From a virus, in IMG/VR virus record IMGVR_UViG_3300037470_000624, positions 1 to 59,446 of that record: DNA of 59,446 nt. The stretch is one strand, 5' to 3'. Below, piece after piece: positions 38,443-45,707 of this stretch. Both the position numbers and the translations under genes were made by a program. Within the stretch, counting starts at the first letter, position 1, and every line of letters starts with the position of its first letter. The notes under the pieces were generated by a model. It worked only from the letters and a program-made list of their open reading frames with translations, was not told where the DNA came from and ran no database searches.

Positions 38443-39311
38443 CGGGTTGTTCCCGCCGCTGCGAGGGAGCGCCGCTGAGCGCTACTTGAGCGCTCCTCCT
38501 GCTCCCGCCACAGCTTCGCCACCTTGCGCGCGTAGGACTTGGAGCCGCACCCTGCGAGCGCTTGGAGGCGCGGCCCGTCCGGCCACCGCTCGCATGAGCG
38601 CTCGTGATCGAAAGCGTCCCGGAGGCGCCTCTCCACGTCGCCGCGGGCAAGGATCGGTGTAGGAGCGGGGAGCGGCGCCTCCTCGTCGTCGGCCTGGAGC
38701 GGCGCCGTCACGTGGCGCAGAGAGCGCCACTCGGTAGCGCTCGCCCGCTCCTGACCGGTCGCCGCTCCCACGGACACGCGGGGAGGCGCGGGGGAGCGCT
38801 CCTGCGCCTGCGCTTCTACGAGCGGCGGCGCCGGCGGTAGGAGCGCGGGCGGGGCGGCGCTCGTGAGCGCTCCTAGTGGCGCCACAGCTCCGACCTGCGA
38901 AGAGTCGCGGGAGCGGCGCTCATGAGCGCTCTTAGCGCCCAGGTACTCCACCGTGATCAGGAGCGCCACCGGGGCCCACGCCGAGATGATGCGCGCTCCC
39001 ACGACCGGCTCCGCCGCGGCGATGTTCGCCGCGAGCGACGCTCCTACGCCGAGCAGGAAACCGGCGCGCGCCCACCTAGTAGCGCGCTTGCCGATCTGCT
39101 CGGTGTGTAGGAGCGCGTCCGCCGTGATCACGATCAGAGCGTCGACGGACAGCGGTAGGAGCGCCGCTGTGTCCTGACCCTCGCCGTAGTGGAGCGCCAC
39201 TGAGCGCATGTGCTGGTAGCTCGCGTACGCCGCGATCCCAGCCACCGCGAGGACCGCGCCTCTACGGGAGAGGACACGAGCGCCACCGGAGCGCCACCAC
39301 GAGCGCGTCAT
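38439..39311 (-). CDS. DUF2637-like membrane protein (290 aa)
   Basis: YASYQHMRSVALHYGE..LLPLSVDALIVI pattern with 3-4 TM helices, then a hydrophilic tail. Confidence 0.5.
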   Translation of the reverse strand: MTRSWWRSGGARVLSRRGAVLAVAGIAAYASYQHMRSVALHYGEGQDTAALLPLSVDALIVITADALLHTEQIGKRATRWARAGFLLGVGASLAANIAAAEPVVGARIISAWAPVALLITVEYLGAKSAHERRSRDSSQVGAVAPLGALTSAAPPALLPPAPPLVEAQAQERSPAPPRVSVGAATGQERASATEWRSLRHVTAPLQADDEEAPLPAPTPILARGDVERRLRDAFDHERSCERWPDGPRLQALAGCGSKSYARKVAKLWREQEERSSSAQRRSLAAAGTTR

Positions 39312-39406
39312 GAGCGCTCCTGACGGCGCCGCGCGGAGCGGGCGGCAAGCTCCGTGGCGAGCAGGAGTGCGAGAGGCGCGGAGAGCGCCAGTAGGAGCGC
39401 GGTCAT
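39308..39406 (-). CDS. Small membrane protein (32 aa)
   Basis: ATGA overlaps at both ends. MTALLLALSAPLALLLATELAA. SD GGAGGAGCGCTC. Confidence 0.4.
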   Translation of the reverse strand: MTALLLALSAPLALLLATELAARSARRRQERS

Positions 39407-39882
39407 GAGCGCTCCTCCGGGGGCGGCGGGTACAGCGCGTCGTGGAGGAGGCGGGTCGCTTTCTGCCACGCGAGGCGCTGCGCGGCGCCGGCCCGGGTCG
39501 CCGGTGACACCGACGCCCACCCTTGCGGCGACTCCCACGCGGTGAGCAGCGCGACGGCAGCGGCGAGCTGCCCCTCGGCCTTCTGCGCGCGGGAGCGGAA
39601 CTCCTCCGCGTAGGTCAGGGTTTCGAACACGTCGTTGACGGCCTTGTCCCGCTCGCGGCCGGCCTGGACTATGCACTCCACCACCGCGGTGAGCGTCATC
39701 GACGGGACCGTGACGCCCCGCTCGCCGTGCCCCCGCCGGATGTTGCGCTCCGCGGTGGCGTGCGCGTTGGACACCTGGTCGAGGGCCTGCTCTGCGGTGA
39801 CCTGCTCTCCGCGGTCCGTGGTGACCAGCGGGGCCGTGTCCGCCTCGTCGGGCGCAGCGGTCGGGTCGAGGTCTTCGGTCAC
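39403..39882 (-). CDS. Hypothetical protein (159 aa)
   Basis: ORF track. Coupled to its neighbours. Confidence 0.55.
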   Translation of the reverse strand: MTEDLDPTAAPDEADTAPLVTTDRGEQVTAEQALDQVSNAHATAERNIRRGHGERGVTVPSMTLTAVVECIVQAGRERDKAVNDVFETLTYAEEFRSRAQKAEGQLAAAVALLTAWESPQGWASVSPATRAGAAQRLAWQKATRLLHDALYPPPPEERS

Positions 39883-40094
39883 GTGCTACTCCTCCTGTCG
39901 GCGCGCTCCTGCATGAGCGCGTGGATGTCGCCTCGGCGGTACCGGCGGTGGCCGCCCGGGGTGCGCACCGCGTCGATGCGGCCCTGGGCCTGCCAGTCCC
40001 TGACGGTGCGGGGGCGGACGTTGAGCGCGGCGCCGGCCTCTTCCGGGGTCAGCAGCTCGTCCTCCACGGCGGGCGGCGGCGGGCCGCCCCTCAC
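39879..40094 (-). CDS. Excisionase/MerR-type HTH DNA-binding protein (71 aa)
   Basis: LLTPEEAGAALNVRPRTVRDWQAQGRIDAVRTPGGHRRY. Confidence 0.65.
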   Translation of the reverse strand: MRGGPPPPAVEDELLTPEEAGAALNVRPRTVRDWQAQGRIDAVRTPGGHRRYRRGDIHALMQERADRRSST

Positions 40095-40222
40095 CGGAGG
40101 CCCTGAGCTGCGATCCGGCGGCGCTCGGGCCGGGTTTCCACCCAGTACACGAGCAGGTCGAGCGGGCAGGCGAGCACCCAGAGGAGTGCTCGGGTGAGCG
40201 GGTCGAGGATTCGGGTCAGCAT
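40091..40222 (-). CDS. Small membrane protein (43 aa)
   Basis: ATG after GGAGA. LTRALLWVLACPLDLLVYWV. Confidence 0.4.
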   Translation of the reverse strand: MLTRILDPLTRALLWVLACPLDLLVYWVETRPERRRIAAQGLR

Positions 40223-40259
40223 GGGGGGGTCTCCTGGGTCGGGTCGGGGTGTGGCGGGG

Positions 40260-40285
40260 CCCTCCGGGGCCGAAGCCCCGGAGGG
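40260..40285 (-). terminator. Hairpin between 40341..40769 and 40091..40222
   Basis: ccctccggggc / cgaa / gccccggaggg (11 bp). Confidence 0.6.
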
Positions 40286-40290
40286 TGAGA

Positions 40291-40311
40291 CTGTACAGGG
40301 AAACCGTACAC
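40291..40311 (-). promoter_or_regulatory. TGTACAGG box without an obvious -10 (operator-like copy)
   Basis: ctgtacagggaaaccgtacac is related to the E1-E3 and E6 boxes. Confidence 0.35.
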
Positions 40312-40340
40312 TCCCGCGTGGATGGTGTGGGGGTAGTTCC

Positions 40341-40769
40341 CTACGAGTCCAGGTCCGCCACGGTGGCCGCGGCCGGTTGGCTGTGCTTCGGGACGAACGT
40401 CCCGGCGGACTTGATCGACGCGCCGGCGATGATCCCCGAGCCCAGCCGGAGGTGCTGGTGCACGATTTCCAGCGCGTCGTCCACCCACAGCTGCGGCTTC
40501 CACCCCTGCGAGCCGTACCCGTCCCGCACCTGCTGGACGGTGAGGACACGGCGCGCCCACCACGTGACGGCGTGGACCAGCGCCGCGTTGTCCTCGACCG
40601 CGGCCTTACGGTCAGCGGCCTCCACCACACGTGCCAGCAGCTCCCGCTGCTGGCACGTGTAGGCGACCACGATCGCCCGGTCCTGCGGCGCGTGGATAAG
40701 CCACTCGATAGCAAGCGCCGTGTGCCCCATGCCCGCGGGGCCGACGGTGACCTTCGGCAGGTCAGTCAC
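40341..40769 (-). CDS. Hypothetical protein with degenerate P-loop (142 aa)
   Basis: GPAGMGHT (His in place of the Walker Lys) and LWVDDA. Confidence 0.45.
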   Translation of the reverse strand: MTDLPKVTVGPAGMGHTALAIEWLIHAPQDRAIVVAYTCQQRELLARVVEAADRKAAVEDNAALVHAVTWWARRVLTVQQVRDGYGSQGWKPQLWVDDALEIVHQHLRLGSGIIAGASIKSAGTFVPKHSQPAAATVADLDS

Positions 40770-41259
40770 CGATCCTCACCCACTGACGGCACCCGGAGGA
40801 CTTGAACGCCTCATCCGACGGCAGGACCGTGACGATGCTCTGACCGTGGGTGTAGTCCGCGGCGATGATGCCCTTGTACGTGCCCGAGAAATCCCGCAGG
40901 CGTTCCCACGAGCAGCCCACGACGCTGCCCGGGTCGACCGGCTCGGACTTCCACGTGCCAGGGGTCATGTCGCCCGGCACCCGGAACGTGCCCGTGCCCT
41001 CCACCGTGAGGACACGGACAGGGGTCGAGGGCGAGGGGGCCTTGGTCGACGAGGTGACCGGCGGGGCCGAGGTGACCGGCGAGGCCGGCCCGGAGGAGAT
41101 ACCGGGGGCGGCGATGGGGGCCTTCGGGTCCTCGCCGCCCGCGACGAGCGCGGTAGTGAACACGCCGCAGCAGGCCAGCAGGATGACGGCGCCGACGACG
41201 GCCAGGGCGATTGGCCACACCTTGCGCTTGCGCGGGGCGTGCTCGGTGGATAGGTCCAT
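40762..41259 (-). CDS. Membrane-anchored extracytoplasmic protein (165 aa)
   Basis: TM WPIALAVVGAVILLACCGVF, a Pro/Ser-rich linker, then a globular C-terminus. The longer start at 41322 would fall inside the hairpin at 41315..41343. Confidence 0.5.
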   Translation of the reverse strand: MDLSTEHAPRKRKVWPIALAVVGAVILLACCGVFTTALVAGGEDPKAPIAAPGISSGPASPVTSAPPVTSSTKAPSPSTPVRVLTVEGTGTFRVPGDMTPGTWKSEPVDPGSVVGCSWERLRDFSGTYKGIIAADYTHGQSIVTVLPSDEAFKSSGCRQWVRIGD

Positions 41260-41314
41260 GACAGGTAGAGCCCTTCCGTGGGTGGGGGATGCGACGCGCT
41301 TCTGGCGCGCTCCA

Positions 41315-41343
41315 CGGCGCACAGGGGTGAGTCCTGTGCGCCG
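41315..41343 (-). terminator. Hairpin after 41353..41610
   Basis: cggcgcacagg / ggtgagt / cctgtgcgccg (11 bp). Confidence 0.6.
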
Positions 41344-41352
41344 CGGGGCGGG

Positions 41353-41610
41353 TCAGCAGCCGGTGCAGGTCGGCCGCCGGCACCGCACCCGGTCGTACAG
41401 CTCCTCCGCCAGCTCGGCCAGGGTCAGGCACGGCTGTGACCCGTCCGGCAGCGGTGAGCACACGATGTACTCCAGGTCGGCCCGGCCGTAGTTCGCCAGC
41501 GCCACCGCGGCCGGTACCGGTATCCGCATCGCGTCGGTGACCTGCTCGACGGGGGCGGCGCACCCGTCGCAAGTGATCTGCTGCCCGCTGGGCGTCCGGG
41601 GTGGTGCCAT
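41353..41610 (-). CDS. Hypothetical Cys-rich protein (85 aa)
   Basis: ORF track. CDGC and CRRPTCTGC pairs. Confidence 0.5.
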   Translation of the reverse strand: MAPPRTPSGQQITCDGCAAPVEQVTDAMRIPVPAAVALANYGRADLEYIVCSPLPDGSQPCLTLAELAEELYDRVRCRRPTCTGC

Positions 41611-41715
41611 GGGGGGGCCTGCCTTTCGGGTGTGTGGGGGGTGGTGCGCCGGCCGGGGGCCGCTACCGTCTGGTGCGGGGTGTCGATCGTGGCTCCGTGG
41701 TCCGCCCCGGCCGCG

Positions 41716-41754
41716 CCCCGGCCCCCTCCTGGGTTCCCTCCCGAGGGGCCGGGG
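41716..41754 (-). terminator. Hairpin after 41771..42184
   Basis: ccccggccccctc ... gaggggccgggg (12 bp with one bulge). Confidence 0.55.
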
Positions 41755-41770
41755 CGGCGGTCGAGCGGGG

Positions 41771-42184
41771 TCAGCCGATCCGGTCGTGGAGGGACACCGG
41801 GTGGTAGCCGCCGGTGAGGTCGAGCCACCGTCCGTCGTTCGTGAACAGGAACGCCCCGCCGGCGAGCGCGGCGAAGTTGGTCGCCTCCATGATCGGCACG
41901 GCGTGGACGTAGGGGCCCGACTGGAGTTCCCGGAGGACGAGGGCGACCGCGGGGGCGAACAGGCTGCACGGCTCGGCCTGGGCGAACTCCGGGACGGGGT
42001 CGACCTTCGTGGCGACGTGGACGGCGGTTCGGTCGATGATGCCCACGACGGTGACCTGCGACGCCCACGAGGACATGCGGCCGGGAATGGCGGCGTAGTC
42101 GGTCGGGCGGTAGATGTTGGCGCGGAGCCCCATGCGCAGGTGGGCGTAGGCGGGGGCCGGTTCGGCCTGGGTGGCGGCGGTCAT
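41771..42184 (-). CDS. Hypothetical protein (137 aa)
   Basis: ATG after GGAG. Promoter E4 upstream. Confidence 0.55.
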   Translation of the reverse strand: MTAATQAEPAPAYAHLRMGLRANIYRPTDYAAIPGRMSSWASQVTVVGIIDRTAVHVATKVDPVPEFAQAEPCSLFAPAVALVLRELQSGPYVHAVPIMEATNFAALAGGAFLFTNDGRWLDLTGGYHPVSLHDRIG

Positions 42185-42224
42185 GGAGCGCTCCGTTCGG
42201 GGTGGTTGTGTCGCTGACTGACAC

Positions 42225-42267
42225 ACCATACGTCCCCGGACCGTGTGTGTACAAGGAACCGACACAC
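42225..42267 (-). promoter_or_regulatory. Early-type promoter E4 (-35 TGTACA, 17 nt, -10 TATGGT) with leader inverted repeat TGTGTC-N7-GACACA (42207..42225)
   Basis: Minus strand reads GTGTGTCGGTTCCTTGTACA-N17-TATGGT. Confidence 0.45.
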
Positions 42268-42277
42268 ATTGGCCCTG

Positions 42278-42886
42278 TTAGGCCAGCGCCATGAACTCCC
42301 CACGCGTCGCCGCGTCCGACCGGAACTTGCCCACCAGATGCGACGACACCATCTCCGCCCCCTCCGCCCGAGCCCCCCGCAACGTCATGCACGTGTGAGC
42401 GCTCGTGATGACACACCCCGCGGCCACAACGTCCATGTGATCGTCGATGGCCTCCACCACCTGCTGGCCCAGACGCTCCTGCACCTGCGGCCGGGCCGCG
42501 TACCCCCGGACCAGACGGGCCAGCTTCGACAGCCCCACAATCGGCGCGTCCACCGCGGGGATGTACCCCACCGTGGCCCGGCCCGTGAACGCCAGCACGT
42601 GATGCTCACACACAGCCGTGAACGGGACCCGTCGGACGACGATCAGGCCCGGGTCGCGCGTCTCCGGAGGGAACTGCACGTTCAGGTGGACCGCAGGGTC
42701 GGCGTGCAGCCCCTCCGTCAGCTCCGCCAGCGCGCGGACCATACGCCGCGGCGTCGCCACCAGATGCCCCACCGACGTATCGATGCCCAGCGCCTCCAGC
42801 ATGGTTTGCGCGGCCAGCTCGGCCGCGTCGAGGTCCACACCCGCCGCCCGGCCGTTGAGCCCGGCCCGTGACTGCACCGTCGTCAT
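42278..42886 (-). CDS. folE: GTP cyclohydrolase I (FolE)
   Basis: TPRRMVRAL, FTAVCEHHVL, VGYIP, SKLARLV and TSAHTCMTLRG motifs. Confidence 0.85.
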   Translation of the reverse strand: MTTVQSRAGLNGRAAGVDLDAAELAAQTMLEALGIDTSVGHLVATPRRMVRALAELTEGLHADPAVHLNVQFPPETRDPGLIVVRRVPFTAVCEHHVLAFTGRATVGYIPAVDAPIVGLSKLARLVRGYAARPQVQERLGQQVVEAIDDHMDVVAAGCVITSAHTCMTLRGARAEGAEMVSSHLVGKFRSDAATRGEFMALA

Positions 42887-43632
42887 TACCGCCCCTTGTC
42901 CTCATCCGGCCACAGGAACACGTGCATGCGCTGCGTGAGGTTCCACCCCCGCGCCAACACCGGATCCGCCAGCGCAGAGCCGCGGGCCATCAACACCTCC
43001 GGGGTGACGCCCTCCGGCATGATCCACACGTGGTGGGCCCGGATACCCGCCGCGGTGACGACGCCCTGCACGTGGTCGAGGTCGTCGTCGTCGCGGACTA
43101 CGAACTTGAACACCGCGCGGCCTGTCTCCGCCAGCTCCCGCAGCACGTGCCGCCGGATGCGGTCCGCCGGCGTGCCGCCCGCGTGCGCCAGCTTCGGCGA
43201 GACGTTCCACCGCGTGACCGTGTTGAGCGATGGGACCGTCGGCAGCACGGTGCCGTTCGTCTCCACCTCCACGTCGCCCAGGTCCGCAAGCCCCTGGACC
43301 AGCGGCGTCCACCCCGGGGTGCGCTGGTGCAGCAGCGGCTCCCCGCCCGTGACCACCGTCAGCGGCGCGCGGGACTCCGCCACCCTGGCGAGCACCGAGT
43401 TGACCGGCACCCGCGTCAGCTCTTTGCGCAGGTCGAACCGGGACGCGTCCCACGTGTACGGGGTGTCGCACCACGTGCATGACAGGTTGCACCCGCCGAG
43501 GCGGACGAACATCGCCTGGCGGCCCGTCGACGGTCCCTCACCTTGGAACGTCGGGCCGAACACTTCCGCGACGACCACCGACATGCCCGCGCCGGGCCCT
43601 TTGACGAACCCCGGCTCCAGTACGTCCGTCAC
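42886..43632 (-). CDS. queE: 7-carboxy-7-deazaguanine synthase QueE (radical SAM)
   Basis: FQGEGPSTGRQAMFVRLGGCNLSCTWCDTPYTW and TGGEPLL. GTGA overlap with queD. Confidence 0.85.
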   Translation of the reverse strand: MTDVLEPGFVKGPGAGMSVVVAEVFGPTFQGEGPSTGRQAMFVRLGGCNLSCTWCDTPYTWDASRFDLRKELTRVPVNSVLARVAESRAPLTVVTGGEPLLHQRTPGWTPLVQGLADLGDVEVETNGTVLPTVPSLNTVTRWNVSPKLAHAGGTPADRIRRHVLRELAETGRAVFKFVVRDDDDLDHVQGVVTAAGIRAHHVWIMPEGVTPEVLMARGSALADPVLARGWNLTQRMHVFLWPDEDKGR

Positions 43633-44114
43633 CGGTCCGCCTCCCAGATCGCCGTGTTGACGCGAGTTTCCCGGACCGACACCCGGGTGACCGTAGCGCC
43701 GTGCTCCGACAGCAGGCCCGTGTACAGCAGGCGTGCGGCCACGCGGGACAGCAGCGTCGCCACGTTCTCCACCGTCGGCCACGCCAGACCCGCGGCGAGG
43801 GAACCGCCAGGCCACTCCACGGGGCCGGCCGCGAACAGGTACAGCTTGCAGCCGGCCTCCTGTAGGGGCGTGACCAGCTCGTCGTCCGCGCCGAGCATCG
43901 TGCCGTGGTCGAGGTTCGTGTCGATCCAGTCCCGCAGCAGCGCCTTGTACGCGCCGAACTCCACCACCGTGCCCTGCGGCGACAGCTTCGGCGTCGACAC
44001 CGTGACCTTGGTCCACCACGAGTGGCCGTGCAAGCTGGCGCACTTACCGCCGAGGTGGGGGAGGCGGTGCGCGGTCTCGAAGTTGTGCGCCACCCGAACT
44101 GAGTACCTGGTCAC
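43629..44114 (-). CDS. queD: 6-carboxy-5,6,7,8-tetrahydropterin synthase QueD
   Basis: FETAHRLPHLGGKCASLHGHSW, LDHGTML, PTVENVA and VSVRETRVNTA. Confidence 0.85.
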   Translation of the reverse strand: MTRYSVRVAHNFETAHRLPHLGGKCASLHGHSWWTKVTVSTPKLSPQGTVVEFGAYKALLRDWIDTNLDHGTMLGADDELVTPLQEAGCKLYLFAAGPVEWPGGSLAAGLAWPTVENVATLLSRVAARLLYTGLLSEHGATVTRVSVRETRVNTAIWEADR

Positions 44115-44521
44115 GTCGTGCGCTCCACCGTGTACCGGGTGACGCCGGCGTCGTGACCGATGCTGTCCTCGACGCCCTCGACGTCGAGGTGGACCGCGCG
44201 GAGCAGGTAGTCCCCGCCCCACTTCTCCCACTCCGCGGCTACGTACCCGTCGAGGTGGGCGAAGAGGCGGCGGGTCGCCTCCTCATTCGTCGCGTTGCGG
44301 AAGGGGTGCTCGGTGCCGGTCATCTCGAATACCCGTGCGCGGAGCGCGTCGTTCGTGGCCTTGAATGAGGGGAACCCCCGCCCGCCGCTCGGGTGCTCGT
44401 ACACCACCGATACCGCGGCCGTGTGGCAATGCGACTTGAGTCCCATTTCCTGATTCTGGTTACAGAAAAAGATGGGAATGGGGCCGAGGGTGACCGTTTC
44501 TCTAAGTGGCTGCTCCGTCAT
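44111..44521 (-). CDS. Unassigned ORF (136 aa), possibly a divergent QueD/PTPS-like T-fold
   Basis: FFCNQNQEMGLKSHCHTAAVSVVYE loosely parallels F-x-AAH...LHGHS-x-x-V. ATGA and GTGA coupling between dpdA and queD. Confidence 0.35.
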   Translation of the reverse strand: MTEQPLRETVTLGPIPIFFCNQNQEMGLKSHCHTAAVSVVYEHPSGGRGFPSFKATNDALRARVFEMTGTEHPFRNATNEEATRRLFAHLDGYVAAEWEKWGGDYLLRAVHLDVEGVEDSIGHDAGVTRYTVERTT

Positions 44522-45465
44522 GCTTTCTCGTCCTTCCGCGCTGGCTCCAGCGGGCCTTCGAGTTGAGACCGCGGTGGGAATGCTGCCAGACCCATCGCGT
44601 CGGTGCGCGCCATGACGTGCTGCCATACCGTGTTCGCGTCCTGGACCGCGTCCGAGTAGACCACCTGGGCGGATCGGCGGCCGGTGGGGGAGTCCGGTGG
44701 GGCCTGCTGGTCGTACAGGAATCGGGGTCCCAGGTCACCTACGCGCCGCGAGGCGACGTGCGCGATCTTGACGTTGGGGAACCGGAGAGGGTTGAGCCAC
44801 GACGACGAGTCACCCGAGTCCATCGGCACCGACAGGCACCACTCGTTGGGCGTGAGTCCGAGCATGTGGACCCACAGATCCGGGTACCGGCGGCGCCGTT
44901 CCCACATGGTGTGGAGCATCCGGACCCGCACGGGCTGGGTGGACAGTGACACGTTGCCCCAGCACACCCGGTCGTACTGCTCGGCCAGCTCGTCGAAGTA
45001 GTCCCAGCCGTCAGACAGCGGATGGTAAACCGGGATGGGGCGGAGCCCTTCCTGTTCGAATTCCCGCCGGACCCTGCGTTTCGTTTCCCGGCCGCCCTGG
45101 TCCAGCTCGACATAGCCCCAGAGGCGTTCGCCGTACCGCGACACCAGATAGACGTACCGGTCCCGCAATTGGCGGTACCCGGGAATGTCTTCCGGGGGCA
45201 GAGTCAGGGCGTCGTAGAAGCTGATGCCCGCGGCTTTGCGGTGGGTGTTCGTCAGGGTGAAGATTCCCGAGTCCAGCAGGACCGCGTGCCCCGCGTCCAG
45301 CAGCTCCACCAGGAACGTCTCCCCGGCCGGGCTCATCAGTTGATCCACCGGGATGAGCATGTGACGCGGGTACCGCTGGGCCCAGCCCGCCGCGAAGTAG
45401 AGGTGCCGGTCAGCCGGGTCGAACGCCCCGCCTCCGGTGACGTACCGGGGCGGCGCCGCCGTCAC
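44518..45465 (-). CDS. dpdA: DpdA-like DNA 7-deazaguanine transglycosylase (TGT superfamily)
   Basis: VLLDSGIFTL, WGYVELDQGG, VHMLGLTP and PMDSGDSSSW resemble phage DpdA/TGT motifs. Operon context. Confidence 0.6.
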   Translation of the reverse strand: MTAAPPRYVTGGGAFDPADRHLYFAAGWAQRYPRHMLIPVDQLMSPAGETFLVELLDAGHAVLLDSGIFTLTNTHRKAAGISFYDALTLPPEDIPGYRQLRDRYVYLVSRYGERLWGYVELDQGGRETKRRVRREFEQEGLRPIPVYHPLSDGWDYFDELAEQYDRVCWGNVSLSTQPVRVRMLHTMWERRRRYPDLWVHMLGLTPNEWCLSVPMDSGDSSSWLNPLRFPNVKIAHVASRRVGDLGPRFLYDQQAPPDSPTGRRSAQVVYSDAVQDANTVWQHVMARTDAMGLAAFPPRSQLEGPLEPARKDEKA

Positions 45466-45707
45466 GAGCTGCCCCGCGCGGCCGCGGCCGCGTCACGGCG
45501 CCACTTGTACAGGTTGAGGCAGTACACCCAGAGGTACGCCGCCGCCGCGGCGTAGAACCCCCACTGAGCCGTGACCGTCGCGTACGCGAACCAAAGGACC
45601 TGGGCCGCGGCGCCGACAGCCCAGCCCCACCACGAGCCGCGGCCGGCCAGCCACAGCCCGAGCACGCCCACGCCGGCGAGCAGCCAGGACCACCACCAGG
45701 CGCTCAC
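45462..45707 (-). CDS. Trp-rich 3-TM membrane protein (81 aa), PnuC-half-like
   Basis: WLAGRGSWWGWAVGAAAQVLWFAY..GFYAAAAAYLWVYCLNLYKWRR. GTGA overlaps on both sides. Confidence 0.45.
   Translation of the reverse strand: MSAWWWSWLLAGVGVLGLWLAGRGSWWGWAVGAAAQVLWFAYATVTAQWGFYAAAAAYLWVYCLNLYKWRRDAAAAARGSS

Larger units (their letters stand above)
38423..39412. repeat. Dense cluster of GAGCGC words (23 copies counted by eye in ~990 bp), with sub-families TGAGCGCTC and GGAGCGCCA
   Basis: Counted line by line. The words fall in different reading frames. Includes the 14-bp palindrome GCGCTCATGAGCGC at 38916..38929. Confidence 0.7.

Noticed and set aside
41731-41742. Strong SD-like GGGAGGGAACCC, identical to the RBS of four real genes, suggesting a missed gene start.
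   Set aside because: No ATG, GTG or TTG follows within 15 nt on the minus strand. The sequence forms the loop side of the terminator hairpin at 41716..41754.
44111-44521. Possible QueF (preQ0 reductase).
   Set aside because: It lacks the catalytic Cys context (CPxTGQPD) and the E-S-K-S-x-K-x-[YFW] QueF motif. It is only loosely QueD-like.
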